The notes beneath the pieces are model-generated. The model was not told the DNA's origin, searched no databases, and was given only the letters and a program-made list of their open reading frames with translations. A DNA stretch of 53,005 bases from Dicyema japonicum (Eukaryota; Animalia; Dicyemida), in assembly GCA_011109175.1 (NCBI GenBank), contig RDEW01000030.1:26311-79315 (forward strand), given 5' to 3'. Shown piece by piece: positions 25,788-37,249 of the stretch. How positions within the stretch are numbered: position 1 is the first letter of the stretch; the number at the start of each line of letters is the position of its first letter. Both the position numbers and the translations under genes were made by a program.

Positions 25788-26105
25788 GCCGCAGGGCGTT
25801 AGTATGGTGCTATGTGGCTACTTGAATTGAAGATTTTTTGTTTGTTTCTTTTCCTCCTCTTCCCTTTGGGATTGTTGGTGTGTCCTCTGTTCCTCCTCTT
25901 CCCTTTTGGATTGTTAGTGTGTTTCATGTGGTTCACATCTCTGGTGGCGCAAGATATAATCCTAAATTATAACAAAAAAGGATCATTAGTCAACAACCAT
26001 CCAGAGGAGTTCCTCCTGAACGGCACTTCCTTCGAGTCAGAGAAGGCGAAGATTGCTTAGGGAGGCCGGGATCACCTGAATTTTTTCATTCTGGTTCAAT
26101 AAATT
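25788..26105 (+). mobile_element. SINE-like family 1 variant with the LINE-type gggatcacc 3' end
   Basis: 5' gccgcagggcgtta hairpin; aaaaggatcatt core; 3' ggccgggatcacct as in the LINE end near 3240. Confidence 0.7.
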
Positions 26106-26139
26106 TAAATTTAATATATATCACGTGTCTCATAATGTA

Positions 26140-26330
26140 ATTATTTAGAAAGTTATTGCTCAGATCAGGTATATCCAGTTCCTACGGTCAAACCCATCCT
26201 TTCTAAACATCACCTCCAACTGTTATGTCTTTGTGAGTACTATTCGAGAAGAGTAGGGAAGAGATAAATCCTTTTTTGGATGCAGTCCAGGCACTGGGAG
26301 TCTATTAAGACAGGTGGATAAGATGGGAGC
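26140..26330 (-). mobile_element. SINE-like family 1, diverged copy
   Basis: ccacctgtc...cccagtgcctgg...aaaaggat...aactggata shared with the family. Confidence 0.65.
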
Positions 26331-26469
26331 TATTATGATTTGAATGAAGAACAAAACGAAACCCTTCGACCAGCTAGAAAGCAGTCTTAGAATTCAAAAT
26401 TTCAAAACATTTGAATTATTACAATTTTAAATTTATTAAATAATTTATTTAATATTACATTTTCGTGTA

Positions 26470-27123
26470 ATGGTTGTCGTAATGTATTTTATTGTTTTAG
26501 GAGCCAACAATAAATGTTGTCAAAGCACTCTTGATTTTGGATTCGACTTCAAATGAGAGAGTTATGTGTAAAGTAAGTAATAGATAATTTCAGTACTATT
26601 CTCCTATATTTCCAACAGAGAAAGAACAGCGGAGATTTGAAAAGGAAATTGTGAATAATTATGAGCTGGCAGGACGTATTTAATCACTTTTTACAATTTA
26701 GCCGAAATAATGATCCAGGACGAGTACTTCGTGGTATTCAAACCTTCAAACGACCTTCTTTTTGCCATAGTCTCTGATATTAACGAAAATTCGGTATTTT
26801 TTCATGACCATAACGTAGATGTTTCTATACGATGCCATGGAAACGTTTTTTGGAGGTATATTGGAGATTCTGAAGAATGATGTCCGCAAAGAAACCCTTA
26901 TGAATGGAATAACCAACGTGGTCCTGCTTTTGGACTCGTTTATTTTCAATGGGTTTGTCTTTGTAATAAAACTAGAATAATCCTTGAATTTAGCAGTCGT
27001 TCTCTTATAGAGAATGTCTTTCTGGAAGAGTCACCCATGGAGTTTAATCTGAACAGGGTTTGCCACCTATGTGTTATTATCTTATAGCTCAAAGAGGAAT
27101 TCAAATATTTCATCATGAAATAG
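26470..27123 (+). CDS. COPZ1: Coatomer subunit zeta; 6 introns
   Basis: MEPTINVVKALLILD, KYY, KEQRRFEK, NEN and GIILE; first exon is the ATG alone. Confidence 0.92.
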
Positions 27124-27301
27124 TTTTGTTTTAATTAAAACTTGGTTTTTAAAAAAAATATTGAATTTTGTTTTAAAACACGGGCAACCCACCTAGGCAC
27201 TATCAGACTCTCTTATAGCTCAAAGAGGAATTCAAATATTTCATCATGAAATAGTTTTGTTTTAATTAAAACTTGGTTTTTTAAAAAATATTGAATTTTG
27301 T

Positions 27302-28330
27302 TTAAAACACGGGCAACCCACCTAGGCACTATCAGACCTTTTTTGTCTGCTAAGTATGGTGTTGATGATGCTGGGCTAGTAAATGTGAAGGCGTTGATCG
27401 AATTACAATATAATAATTTGATGGAAAAGATCAACTTAAAAAGCCTTCATAAGGTCCTCTTCTGAGCATTGGACAACCCACATGTCGACCTTAAGTCGTC
27501 GACAATATGGCTAAAATACGGTGACAACTCACCTCGATCGGAGGCGTTGTACACGTATATGCAAGACCGCAATATTTTTTGGGGTCGATCAACAAATACA
27601 TGTCCCCACTGTAAGTCAAGGAGCATGTCGGTTGATCATTTAGCCACTCGATGTGGATCCATGCTCTGCCACGACTATGTGTGGAGGCACAACGAGGTAG
27701 TAAGGAGTCTTCATCTTCTACTATGCAATAAGTATGGTATTCGCCACACCAGAAAGTTGCGGACTCATAAGGTGCAATCTGTAGTAGAGAACACCAGGGT
27801 CCAAATTAAGGTAGACAGTGTTATCCGTACCTCGGTGCTAGTCAAGCACAATAAACCGGACATTGTGGTACACGATAAGGAGTCTGGCCAAGTCCTTATC
27901 ATAGAGGTTGGCATCACGTCTCAAGACCGTTTGCAGACTGTGGAGGTGGAGAAAAAAAGGAAGTATGACTTTCTTGCAAACGAGATGGGGCAGATGCTTG
28001 GTTGCAAGGTCCTCGTTATTCCTATAGTAATGACGTGGGAAGGAATTGCAACAAAGTACCACAAGGGTTATCTGAAGCAGTTGGGGGTAGATAGGAAGCT
28101 CCAGGCCTATCTACAGTCCACTGTGTTAAAGCGGACCCTAGAGAGCCTGACACTGGAGTATAGGAGGCAGAGCCCTGAGATGCCATATGGGCAGAGGGTT
28201 CAATTAGACAAGCGCTCTCGGAGTTGTTTCAGCAACCAGAATCGAACCTGCCTGAGGAGGCTGGCGAACAGGCAGGCGAGGAAGGTTGTTGATAAATATA
28301 TTAACTTTTTTATTGTTTGTTAAATAAAGT
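27302..28330 (+). mobile_element. R4/Dong-like RLE non-LTR element, 3' part
   Basis: CPHC..DHLATRC zinc finger, RHNEV, KPDIVV, IEVGIT and KKRKY. Confidence 0.88.
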
Positions 28331-28642
28331 GGGGTGTTTTAGATTTAAATAGTAAATTTTGTCCATCAGGTAGCAAAGTGGTTAGTGGTGTCGCTATTAG
28401 CTATGGACTCTATTCACACATCGTTACCTACATGGCTGAAGGATTCTATGCTGCTCTGTATTTTCTTCAAACTTTAAGAGACGATCATCCAGTGTCTGAC
28501 CGTCATCCAAAAAGTCTATCTCTTCTTGACTAGATTGGAAGGATTCTCACAATGGGGGATATGTTTGCACGTGATTTAGGCTGACACGCCTGTTTATTCC
28601 ACAATCCAGGAAGCCCTCAACAGAGTCATCAGTTGGCTATTA

Positions 28643-30452
28643 TTATTATTATTATAAGCAACTACATAGAATCATATAAACTATAATTCTATTCGTGCCG
28701 CGTCGAACAATCCTCTTAATTAGCCTTTCCCATCCCCTCCTGTCCGATGCCAAGTTCCGCAGACTACTAAGGTCTTCACCGTCCTTTAGTTGTTTGGTTA
28801 CTGATCTCAGGTCACCATTAAGGACTTCCGGAAGAGTTATTCTTGGACGACCTCTGAACTTCTCCCCTGACGTATCGAAGTTCTTCCATGACGACGTTTG
28901 CTGGTGTGTCTTGTTCCAATCTGAGAATATGGCCAAACAATCTCCAGCGAGCCTTCATGATCATGGTGCTCAGAGGTCCGGAACCGCATCTTCTATATAA
29001 ATTTTCACTCCCTACACGCATTGGCCACTTTATTCCAAGAGAGACCGAAGTTGCCTTCTGTGAAAGGAGTCAAGGTTTTGTTCGTCCGTTTTCGAAATTC
29101 CCCACGTCCCAGAGTTGTATGTTAGTATGGGCCTCACGAAACGCCTCATACAACCTCAGTCGGAGTGATGGCCCGACCCGAAGCATTTTTCTTATCCAAC
29201 ATTTCATAAGTTTTGCATAGTAACCGTAGATAACAATTTTCTTCTTGCAATGTCTTCGGAGTCTCCGAGAAGAGAGCCAAGCTTTACGGTCTTCCTCCAA
29301 CATTCACTATTGCGTAGTTCCATCCGCTTAATTTCAACAATATCCGTTTTCTGAACATTCAGTGATAGACACCATTTGGCCAAACAGCCTGATGCAACCT
29401 CCAAGAGACGTAAGAGTGCTTCTTTGTCAGTCGAGATAAAGTCAACATCATCGGCATACACGATCTCCATAATATCATTGTTGTAATACTTCCGGAGGTC
29501 TTGCAGAGCCGATTCAAGGTATATAGCAAACAATACTGGGGAAAGGGAATCTCCTTGGGGTGTGCCCACTGTTGAAATAATTTCCCGTGACAAACATTTT
29601 CCAATACGCACTCGTAACCTCGTGTTTGATAAGAGTATCCGTATCAGAATAACCGAGTCCTTATCCAGGAAACTTTCAAGCACTTCAATGAGTTTTCCCC
29701 GACGGACAGTGTCGAAAGCTCTGGTCAGATCAATTCCAAGGATAGTCTTTGAGCTCCGGAATCTTTGTTGAATAGCACATTGCCATCTATGGCACCATAC
29801 TACATCAGCCGTTGATCTCCCTGTCCTAAAACCACTCTGGCTCTGGGCCAAGTACCCGTCCACCGGCTCTTGGATCCGATTAAGAGTAATTAGGGCAAGG
29901 ATCTTCCTTAAGGTGTTTAGAAGGATGACAGGGCGCAGGTTTTCAACTGGCCCAGGGGGTTTATTACCTTTTTGAACTGGTACTAGTATCCCCTTTCCAA
30001 TTTCTGAAAAGTCCTTGTTTTCTATCATGTCATTCAGCAATTTTGAGAGTTTATCTGCAAGTTCTGGAGGGCCAAATTTTAGCAATTCAGAGGGTCCTCA
30101 GACTGTTTGCAAACTGAAACAAGAACGAAGGCAAATTGAGAGAAAAATCAAACTCCTAAACAGACTACATCACACTAGTCAGTTGGAAAGCAAGATCAGA
30201 GAGGTAGAAAACCTTAAAGACAATGCTGCGACATTCATGGCTATACGACTAATACGGAGGAAGAGCCAATCAGTGAAACTTATTTTGCATGACAGAAATG
30301 GAAAAACAATAGGAAATGTTGCAGAACAGACAGAGTTCATAGCATCGCATATTGAACAACTGTTCTTTGTAAAAGGAGAAAAATCAGATTTCACGCCTAA
30401 GAACACAACACTTGAACGGATCATTTCACCGGAGGAGGTTTGCATGGCGATA
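28643..30452 (-). mobile_element. RTE LINE with inverted 5' segment, (taa)n tail and 12-bp TSD
   Basis: RT ORF 29204-30085 on the minus strand; linker region on the plus strand at ~30095-30455; agttggctatta at 28631 and 30453. Confidence 0.9.
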
Positions 30453-32063
30453 AGTTGGCTATTAATGAACGGAAAATTCCAAAGACCACGGTAATATCAG
30501 ACTAACTACTCCAGACGTGCTCCAAAAGAGACCTGTTCTTGACCACATGCTTTATTTCTCGAGCCAAAAAAGCACGCATCGTCTAAATCCTTGTAGTCGC
30601 ACGTGCTTGTACCTCAGTTCTTACTGATTAGAGATTTCAGACGCATGGAGAGAAGACCTTTCCAGAAGTCAATCATTCCGTAAATTTAAGAACTTTTTTG
30701 ACTATCTTCAATCTTCAATGAATTTGTAGAGAAAATGAATGGATCCCAAAATGTGTATGCATAAGAAATTCATGGCTCAATGTATTGCTTGCAGATAGCT
30801 TCCAAAATAGAGTGGTTTCCGATCTTCCCTAACTCAGAGAGACATTTCAGCATGGTCGTCTTATTAATATTAGATACACCGAAAAAGAAGTTAGCAGTCA
30901 ACAACTAATTAAGTTTATTGTCTTTTGTCAAAAGATTTATAAAATTGATTATTTTAGGATAAAGAACTTATACAGTAAAACTCCTTCTAACTGCCAGTTT
31001 TTTTAACCGACAAATTTTACCGAAAATCCCAAATCATATGGCAAACTCCTCCTAACTGCCAGTTTTCTTAACCGCCAAAAATAGTTCATTAAAATTTATT
31101 TTTAAAAATATCAAGCTAATGTATTTACACCAATTGTAACAAGGGCAAACACAAAAAATCTGACAATTAGACGCCATCATATATTTGAGCTTTGCTTGGA
31201 AAGTGTTTAAAATTACAACGATTTTGTTTCAAGTTCCAATTTATTAGATCTCATGGTAGAGGTTTTTTGAATATTGAATTTAAGGAAGAAGATATTCTTT
31301 TAGAAAAATAGAAACGGCTGGAATTGACAAAAAAAGCAATTGATTTAATATGTGCACTGGTAGCTTGATAATTCTTCAACTCTTGTAGATATATGGGAGA
31401 GCGAAGAGACGATATTAACGTGGTAACTAAGAAAGAATGTTATTCGGCTCTTTAAGTATTGAAAAATTATTTTAAACAGCGGGGTCATATATGATCCCCA
31501 GTATTTTGATTGAGTTTGTGGAGGGAATTGATTTCCACTAAGTCAAAAAAGGTGCTAAGTTTATCAGTCTTCTATTGGAATCAAAAATCACAGAGCTCGC
31601 ATTTTCAGGACTTGTGTGTAATAGGTTCCTCGTAATCCAACAGTTCAGGTTCTCCAGTAACTCTCGTTAACGGGTACCCACTGTGTGGATACACTGGTCT
31701 CTTGTTTCCAGGATTATGTCATCAGCATAAGCGTATCGTCGCTGCTATGGGAAGGCATGTCGCTCATAAAGAGGTTGAAGAGAATGGGCGACAGTGGGTA
31801 TCCTTGCGAAACCCCATTCGGCAGAAACTTGGTGACAGAAAATATGGAATGGGAAATTACTCTTCTCTTCGTCCGTTGAGGAAGTTTGCAAGCCAAATTT
31901 TTAAGTTTTTTAGAATGTTAAAGCCATCAATCTTCGTAGTAATTTCCTCGGAATCGAGTCAAAAGCCTTATGAATGTCGATGGAACACATAATGGTCATT
32001 TGATGCCGAGGTTTGCATTGCAGGCCTTCTTTGATGAATTTCGTCAAGCATGTAAGGTGACTA

Positions 32064-35000
32064 TATTATTTCAGGTTTAAAGTGGGTCTTGCCAAACGCA
32101 AAGTGGAACAAAAAATAATTTTTGTTTTTTTGAACCGTGTGCAAAAAAAGCAAAAGTTTCGAGATCAATTGCAAAAGTGACTAAGCAAAAACCTATATAT
32201 TCGCATGTCTGCGCAAATATTTCATTTTTTCATTCGTATGCTTGCGCAAATAAAAATGTCTGAAGCTGCAATTAAGAAAAATTTTATTATCGGGCCTATG
32301 AGGGAGATGGTGACTGGAGGAAACTTGCAAAATCTCTTGATGTTCCGAAAACTACTGCTTATCGTTGGTTGAAAAACAAGGACAAACCTGATCAGCGAGG
32401 GGGTCAAAAGCCAAAAAATTTCTTGATCAACACAAAGATTATTGTGTTGAACAGTTCGAAATTAACCCAAGGATTACTCTTGAGGCCTTGAGAATTTTTT
32501 TAATTCTAATTTCATTAAATGTTTCAAAAGAAACCATTCGAGTCCACTTGGACGGTGCCTATTATTCTTTGAAAGATATCAGGTATGAACCAGAGAAAGG
32601 AAATAGTAATTAAATAAAGAAAAAAGAAAAAATTTTATTACTTCATTATTGGAATATCAATCGAAGAAATTCTGATATTATTTATGTATGGAACAAATCT
32701 CAACATGCACATATCCCGTAAAAAGGGTCGTTCAAAAAAGGAACAAGGGCTAATGTCGTTGTAACAAGTTCGCGAGGTGCCAATGTATATTTCATTGGTT
32801 GTATCTGGTCCCTTGGATTGCTACACTATGAACTCAAACGTGGATCCTTTAAAAAGAATCCGCCCATGAATGGGTGAGAACTTGTCTACGAAAAGCCAGG
32901 GAAGCTTACAATTTCCCAGTAGTGATAGTAGTAGACAATGCTCCATGCCATTCAGGAATTGTAGAAATTGTCAGAGATAATGAATTCATCGGAAATAAAT
33001 TTTTAAGATTGGGTCCCAATAGCCCTATGCTCAACCCAATTGAGAATATTTGGTCAGTATTCAAAACTGATGTAAAAATGCACACAGCAACAGACATGAA
33101 AAATATTTTGGATGGTGTGAGACAGGAAGCTTTGTCAACTACGGAGTTTTGACTTCAAAAGTTAGAAGAAAGTATGATTAACTCATTATGTATAATCACT
33201 CCATCTCTAATCAACACCGTAATTGCTAAAATTCAGAGGTTGGCCCCATCGGTGTTAAATAATGATGACATGGGTTATTAAATAAATTTGCAATGCCGCG
33301 TGGTTCACCTGTATGGTAGTGTTGTGCATCACATGATGTTAAAAAACTACACTTTCCCTATCCATGAAAAAGGATGGTTTTCCAGGTACGCTCTAATTTT
33401 TTGTGGTGACGTTGAATCCAACCCAGGCCCTGAAATCAACCTGGTCCAGATCAATATTAACGGAATATGAAACAAGGTGCTGGAAGTCCGCCACTTACTC
33501 AATAGTAATGTAATTGACATTGCTCTAGTCCAAGAGACAAAGCTACGAACCCCAACCTTTCCCGGATACTCCATTATCCGTAGACAGAAAGATTAAGCTT
33601 GGAGGACTAATGACACTAATAAGAAATGGAATTCAATATGAAGATATTTCAAACAAAATCCGAAAACTCTACCCAGAAGATGACCCTTTGGAACTAATTG
33701 GCATAAATGTTAGAATTCCTAGGAAAACTATAAATATGTCAATGTATATATTCCCCCTACTACCTCCTGTCCAAGTGGGATTACCCTAACCTACAGAATT
33801 TCTCAAACCTCAAAAACGTACTACTATGCGATGACATCAACGCCGAACATCAATTAAGGTATGAAGGCCAGAAACCAGACAGTAGAGGAAACCTACTGGC
33901 CAGAAATTTGGGACAATTTTGTATATTGAATAACACCAAAAGCAATGCAAGAACACTTTACTCGAAAAGGAGACAAGCCTACATCCCCTGACCTCTCCTT
34001 ATGTTCCCCATCAATGTTTCCCCTCATCAACTGGATTGTAAAATATGAACTAAGAAGTAATCACAACCCTATTATGATGAAAATCAACAATGAAAATAAA
34101 TTTATCAGACAGAAATCCACTTTTTTAAATTTTGAAAGAGCGGAATGGTCCAACTTCTCTAATTACATCGACACCAATATCAAATTAAAGTTACCCGGTC
34201 TAGAATCAAGAAGCGATGGACATCACTTATTGATTCTCTATCGCCAAATACATCCGAGAAGCTGATGTGGAGGAAAATTAAATATTTGAGGCGTTGCAAT
34301 GAAGGCTCTGAGAAAGCCTTCCACGGACAGGGATGTAACAACATCCACCTGAATATTTTAATGAAGCACTATGTCGCAATCAACCATAAAAATATCTCGA
34401 GGGAACAAAGAGTCTACAAGAAGTTGTATCAATCATATGATTTGATTGTCTTTTCTCCGCAAGAAGTTCGAAACGCAGTTATGGATTCCAATAACTCCCG
34501 TTCTTGAGGTGCTGACAATGTCTAGTTGATGGAACTGAAACACCTTGGGGAAAAAGCGACAGAATTCCTATCATACATTTAAGATTGATCTGTGAACAAT
34601 AATATGATACCTTTTATATGGAAGAAATCCATAATTCTGCCAATTCAGAAGCCAAACAAACCTGCAAAAGATCCCTCTTCCTATCGTCCAATTGCAATAT
34701 TATGTGCGATTCCCGAATTTTAGAAAAATTAATCTTAACACAAATCAAAGATATTGTACCAAATCGAGTATTCCAGCATGGATTCTGTGAAAATCATTCT
34801 ACTACGACGCACTTAACAAAATTAACTCATATATATATCTGATGGATTCTCCTATCCAAAACCACATAAAAGGACCATAATGGCTTCAATAGACTTGAAG
34901 AAAGCATTCGACTCCGTATCCCAGACGCTGCTTATAGAGAAAATTTCTAACACTATAAATCCAAACATTAAAAAATGGCTGTCGAACTTTTTAAATAGAA

Positions 35001-35951
35001 GAGGACAAGTGATGTCAGACGACAGAAAATCTAAATCCCGTTTATTGCCAAATGGTGTCCCTCAAGGTTCACCTCTCTCTCCCCTGCTCTTAAACCTTCC
35101 CACCAATGACGATCCCGATATATTGATACTCTCATACGCAGATGACATTGTTCTTGCGACGAGAACCTCTAACTATGAAAGGCAGGGATGAAATTTCAAA
35201 GTTATATTGGTATGTTGGAACATTGGCTTATGTCAAATCGACTGGAAGTTTCTACAGGAAAGTCGTTTATAACAATTTTCTCTACATATAGAAGATCATT
35301 ATACTCTCCCAAAATCAAATTGTTTGGATATGAAATTCCTATGAATAAGTCTCCAACAATACTAGGATTAAAGTTGGACACTCTCCTGACATTCGGCCAA
35401 CGTCAATGACGTTATTACCAAGGTCAGAAGGACCAACATATTGAAAATTTTGTCCCGATCACCAATCGGGCGCAACACATTCTTACTACAGAAAATTTAC
35501 AGACAATACATACTGCCAGTAATCGAATACGCATGTCCTTCTGGAGCTCGATGATTTCTGAATCGTCGTCTCAAAAATTAGAAGCCGCACAACTTGCTGC
35601 CTTGAAAATAATAAATAAGAAAACTACAGATAACGTATTGAATGTTAAAGAACACCTAAGGTGGAGAGTGAAGTCATTTCTACAGTGGGCAATGAAAATC
35701 GGCTGTCCGCTTTCACTCTCTATATCTGACTATCTAGAAAATGCGGGAATCTATGGAGAATGAGACCGTCCCCGTTTCTACCAATTCTGTTGGATCTTCG
35801 AGGACCCGAACGAGAGCCAGAACCCGGAAAACCGGGATCACTTAGTAGTTAACTATTAACTTTTTCTAATCCGGTGATCTTAGGGTAAAAAATAATAATT
35901 TTGTTGTTCCACTTTGCTATTGGTAAGACCCACTTTAATCCTGAAATGGTA
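32064..35951 (+). mobile_element. IS630/Tc1-superfamily transposon; ~55-bp TIRs, TA TSD, decayed transposase 32256-33281
   Basis: tattatttcaggtttaaagtgggtctt is mirrored by aagacccactttaatcctgaaatggta; VVDNAPCH..SPMLNPIE with 35 residues between D and E. Confidence 0.9.
33295..35898 (+). mobile_element. Near-full-length Vingi/Ingi-like LINE (2A peptide, APE, RT; no RNase H seen), decayed
   Basis: CGDVESNPGP, QININGI, LVQETK, SPDLSL, QHGF, PQGSPLSP and YADD; ends TGIT*. Confidence 0.9.
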
Positions 35952-36102
35952 TAGTTGTGGAGCGAGCCTTCTTAAAACCTGTTGGAAGGATACGTCCGGG
36001 AGGTAAGGTTTAATCTGATCCTTAACGATTGTCAATAAAATTAAGGATTTTAAAAATTATTTGAAATAGAAATTAATTATATTTTAATAATTAGTGAATT
36101 TA

Positions 36103-37249
36103 TCATAGAAAAATTGTTTTTTCTAGCATCATCCTTTTAAAAAAGGCCTCAGCTATTTGTTCCCGGAGTTCCTCATTGATGAATTTAGTCATGTGCTCTG
36201 AGTATTCTCCAATCTGCATTACACGAACTACCACCTTTTTTAATTGAACCGAAAAATCATCAGTTCGTTTAAAATTAATGTTTCCGGTGTTTTTTAAGAG
36301 AATGAAAATGTTATGAATCACCCTGAACTCAAATATTGAGCGCTACATTTTTATTTTACCGATGTCCAGTGTCTTCACAGTGGATGTATCACATATGTGA
36401 TTCCACGTGTTCTCTAATTTAATTCTCCTACTTTGTTCTGACTCGAATTCTCTGGATAACTGGGATATTTGATTATTAAAAACCAACATTTTCTCTTTAT
36501 GACTCTAAAATCATCAGAAATTCTACTTCCGACATTTTATTCAATTTATTCTTAAGTTCAGTCAAAATTAGTTGGTTTTCTCTGTTTGTGGAAATCAAAT
36601 TCTAGAGTTCATAAGCATAGTAAACCTTGTGTTCCTTCATGAGCGTCTTGTGATGCACTATTGCAGCGTCTATGCTTGTGAAAATACCACTTTCTTCCTT
36701 AAAAGTTTCCATGAACTGTTTGAACTTTACTCGCTCGCTTATTAAATCGTTCACAGATTTTTTGTGGTCCTTAATTTTGTCGAATTCACACAGTAATCTA
36801 GTTAATATTCGGATTACTTTATGTATTCAGCATTTTTCTGTCGTACCTGGAATTTCTCCTCCAACATTTTCTTTTCTGCTCGTTCCTTTTTGGCGTTGTT
36901 TTCCTAAAAGTATATAATTTGGCAAACTCGGAGATATCTTTCGAATTTAATAAAGGACTCTTTCAATTTGCACTCTTTTTCCAACAATCTTTCCCGCCTT
37001 TTTTTGAGTGAGTCTTTCTTAGACACATGTTCCTTAAAATCTTGTAATACTGAAGACCTCTTTTAACGAATCTAGTTCTTCTTCAACTTGCAGAAGATTG
37101 AACGTCTCGTCCAATAATTGTTCCGATGTGTTGTTTTTCTTTCTCTCTAGTAACGGCAAATTTCTGAGATTAATTAATTTATTTTACAAAATATCGCATT
37201 CTTGTCGCTTTCCTTCAAAACATACGGAATATTTTCTTGCAAAGCTCAT
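36103..37249 (-). CDS. Coiled-coil CFAP73/CCDC42-family protein; ~7 introns
   Basis: LLQVEEEL, RRERLLEKECKLKESFIKFERYLRENNAKKERA and WNHI..KTLDIGKIKM. Confidence 0.85.

Larger units (their letters stand above)
31500..36030 (-). mobile_element. Outer LINE RT fragment split by a Tc1 insertion (31500-32061 plus 35954-36030)
   Basis: QIKPYLPD..GFKKARSTT continues into SHLTCLTKFIKEG across the TA site. Confidence 0.8.

Noticed and set aside
25812-26060. Hydrophobic ORFs in SINE copies (also 40400 and 50263)
   Set aside because: Frames and starts differ between copies; they arise from pyrimidine-rich repeat sequence.
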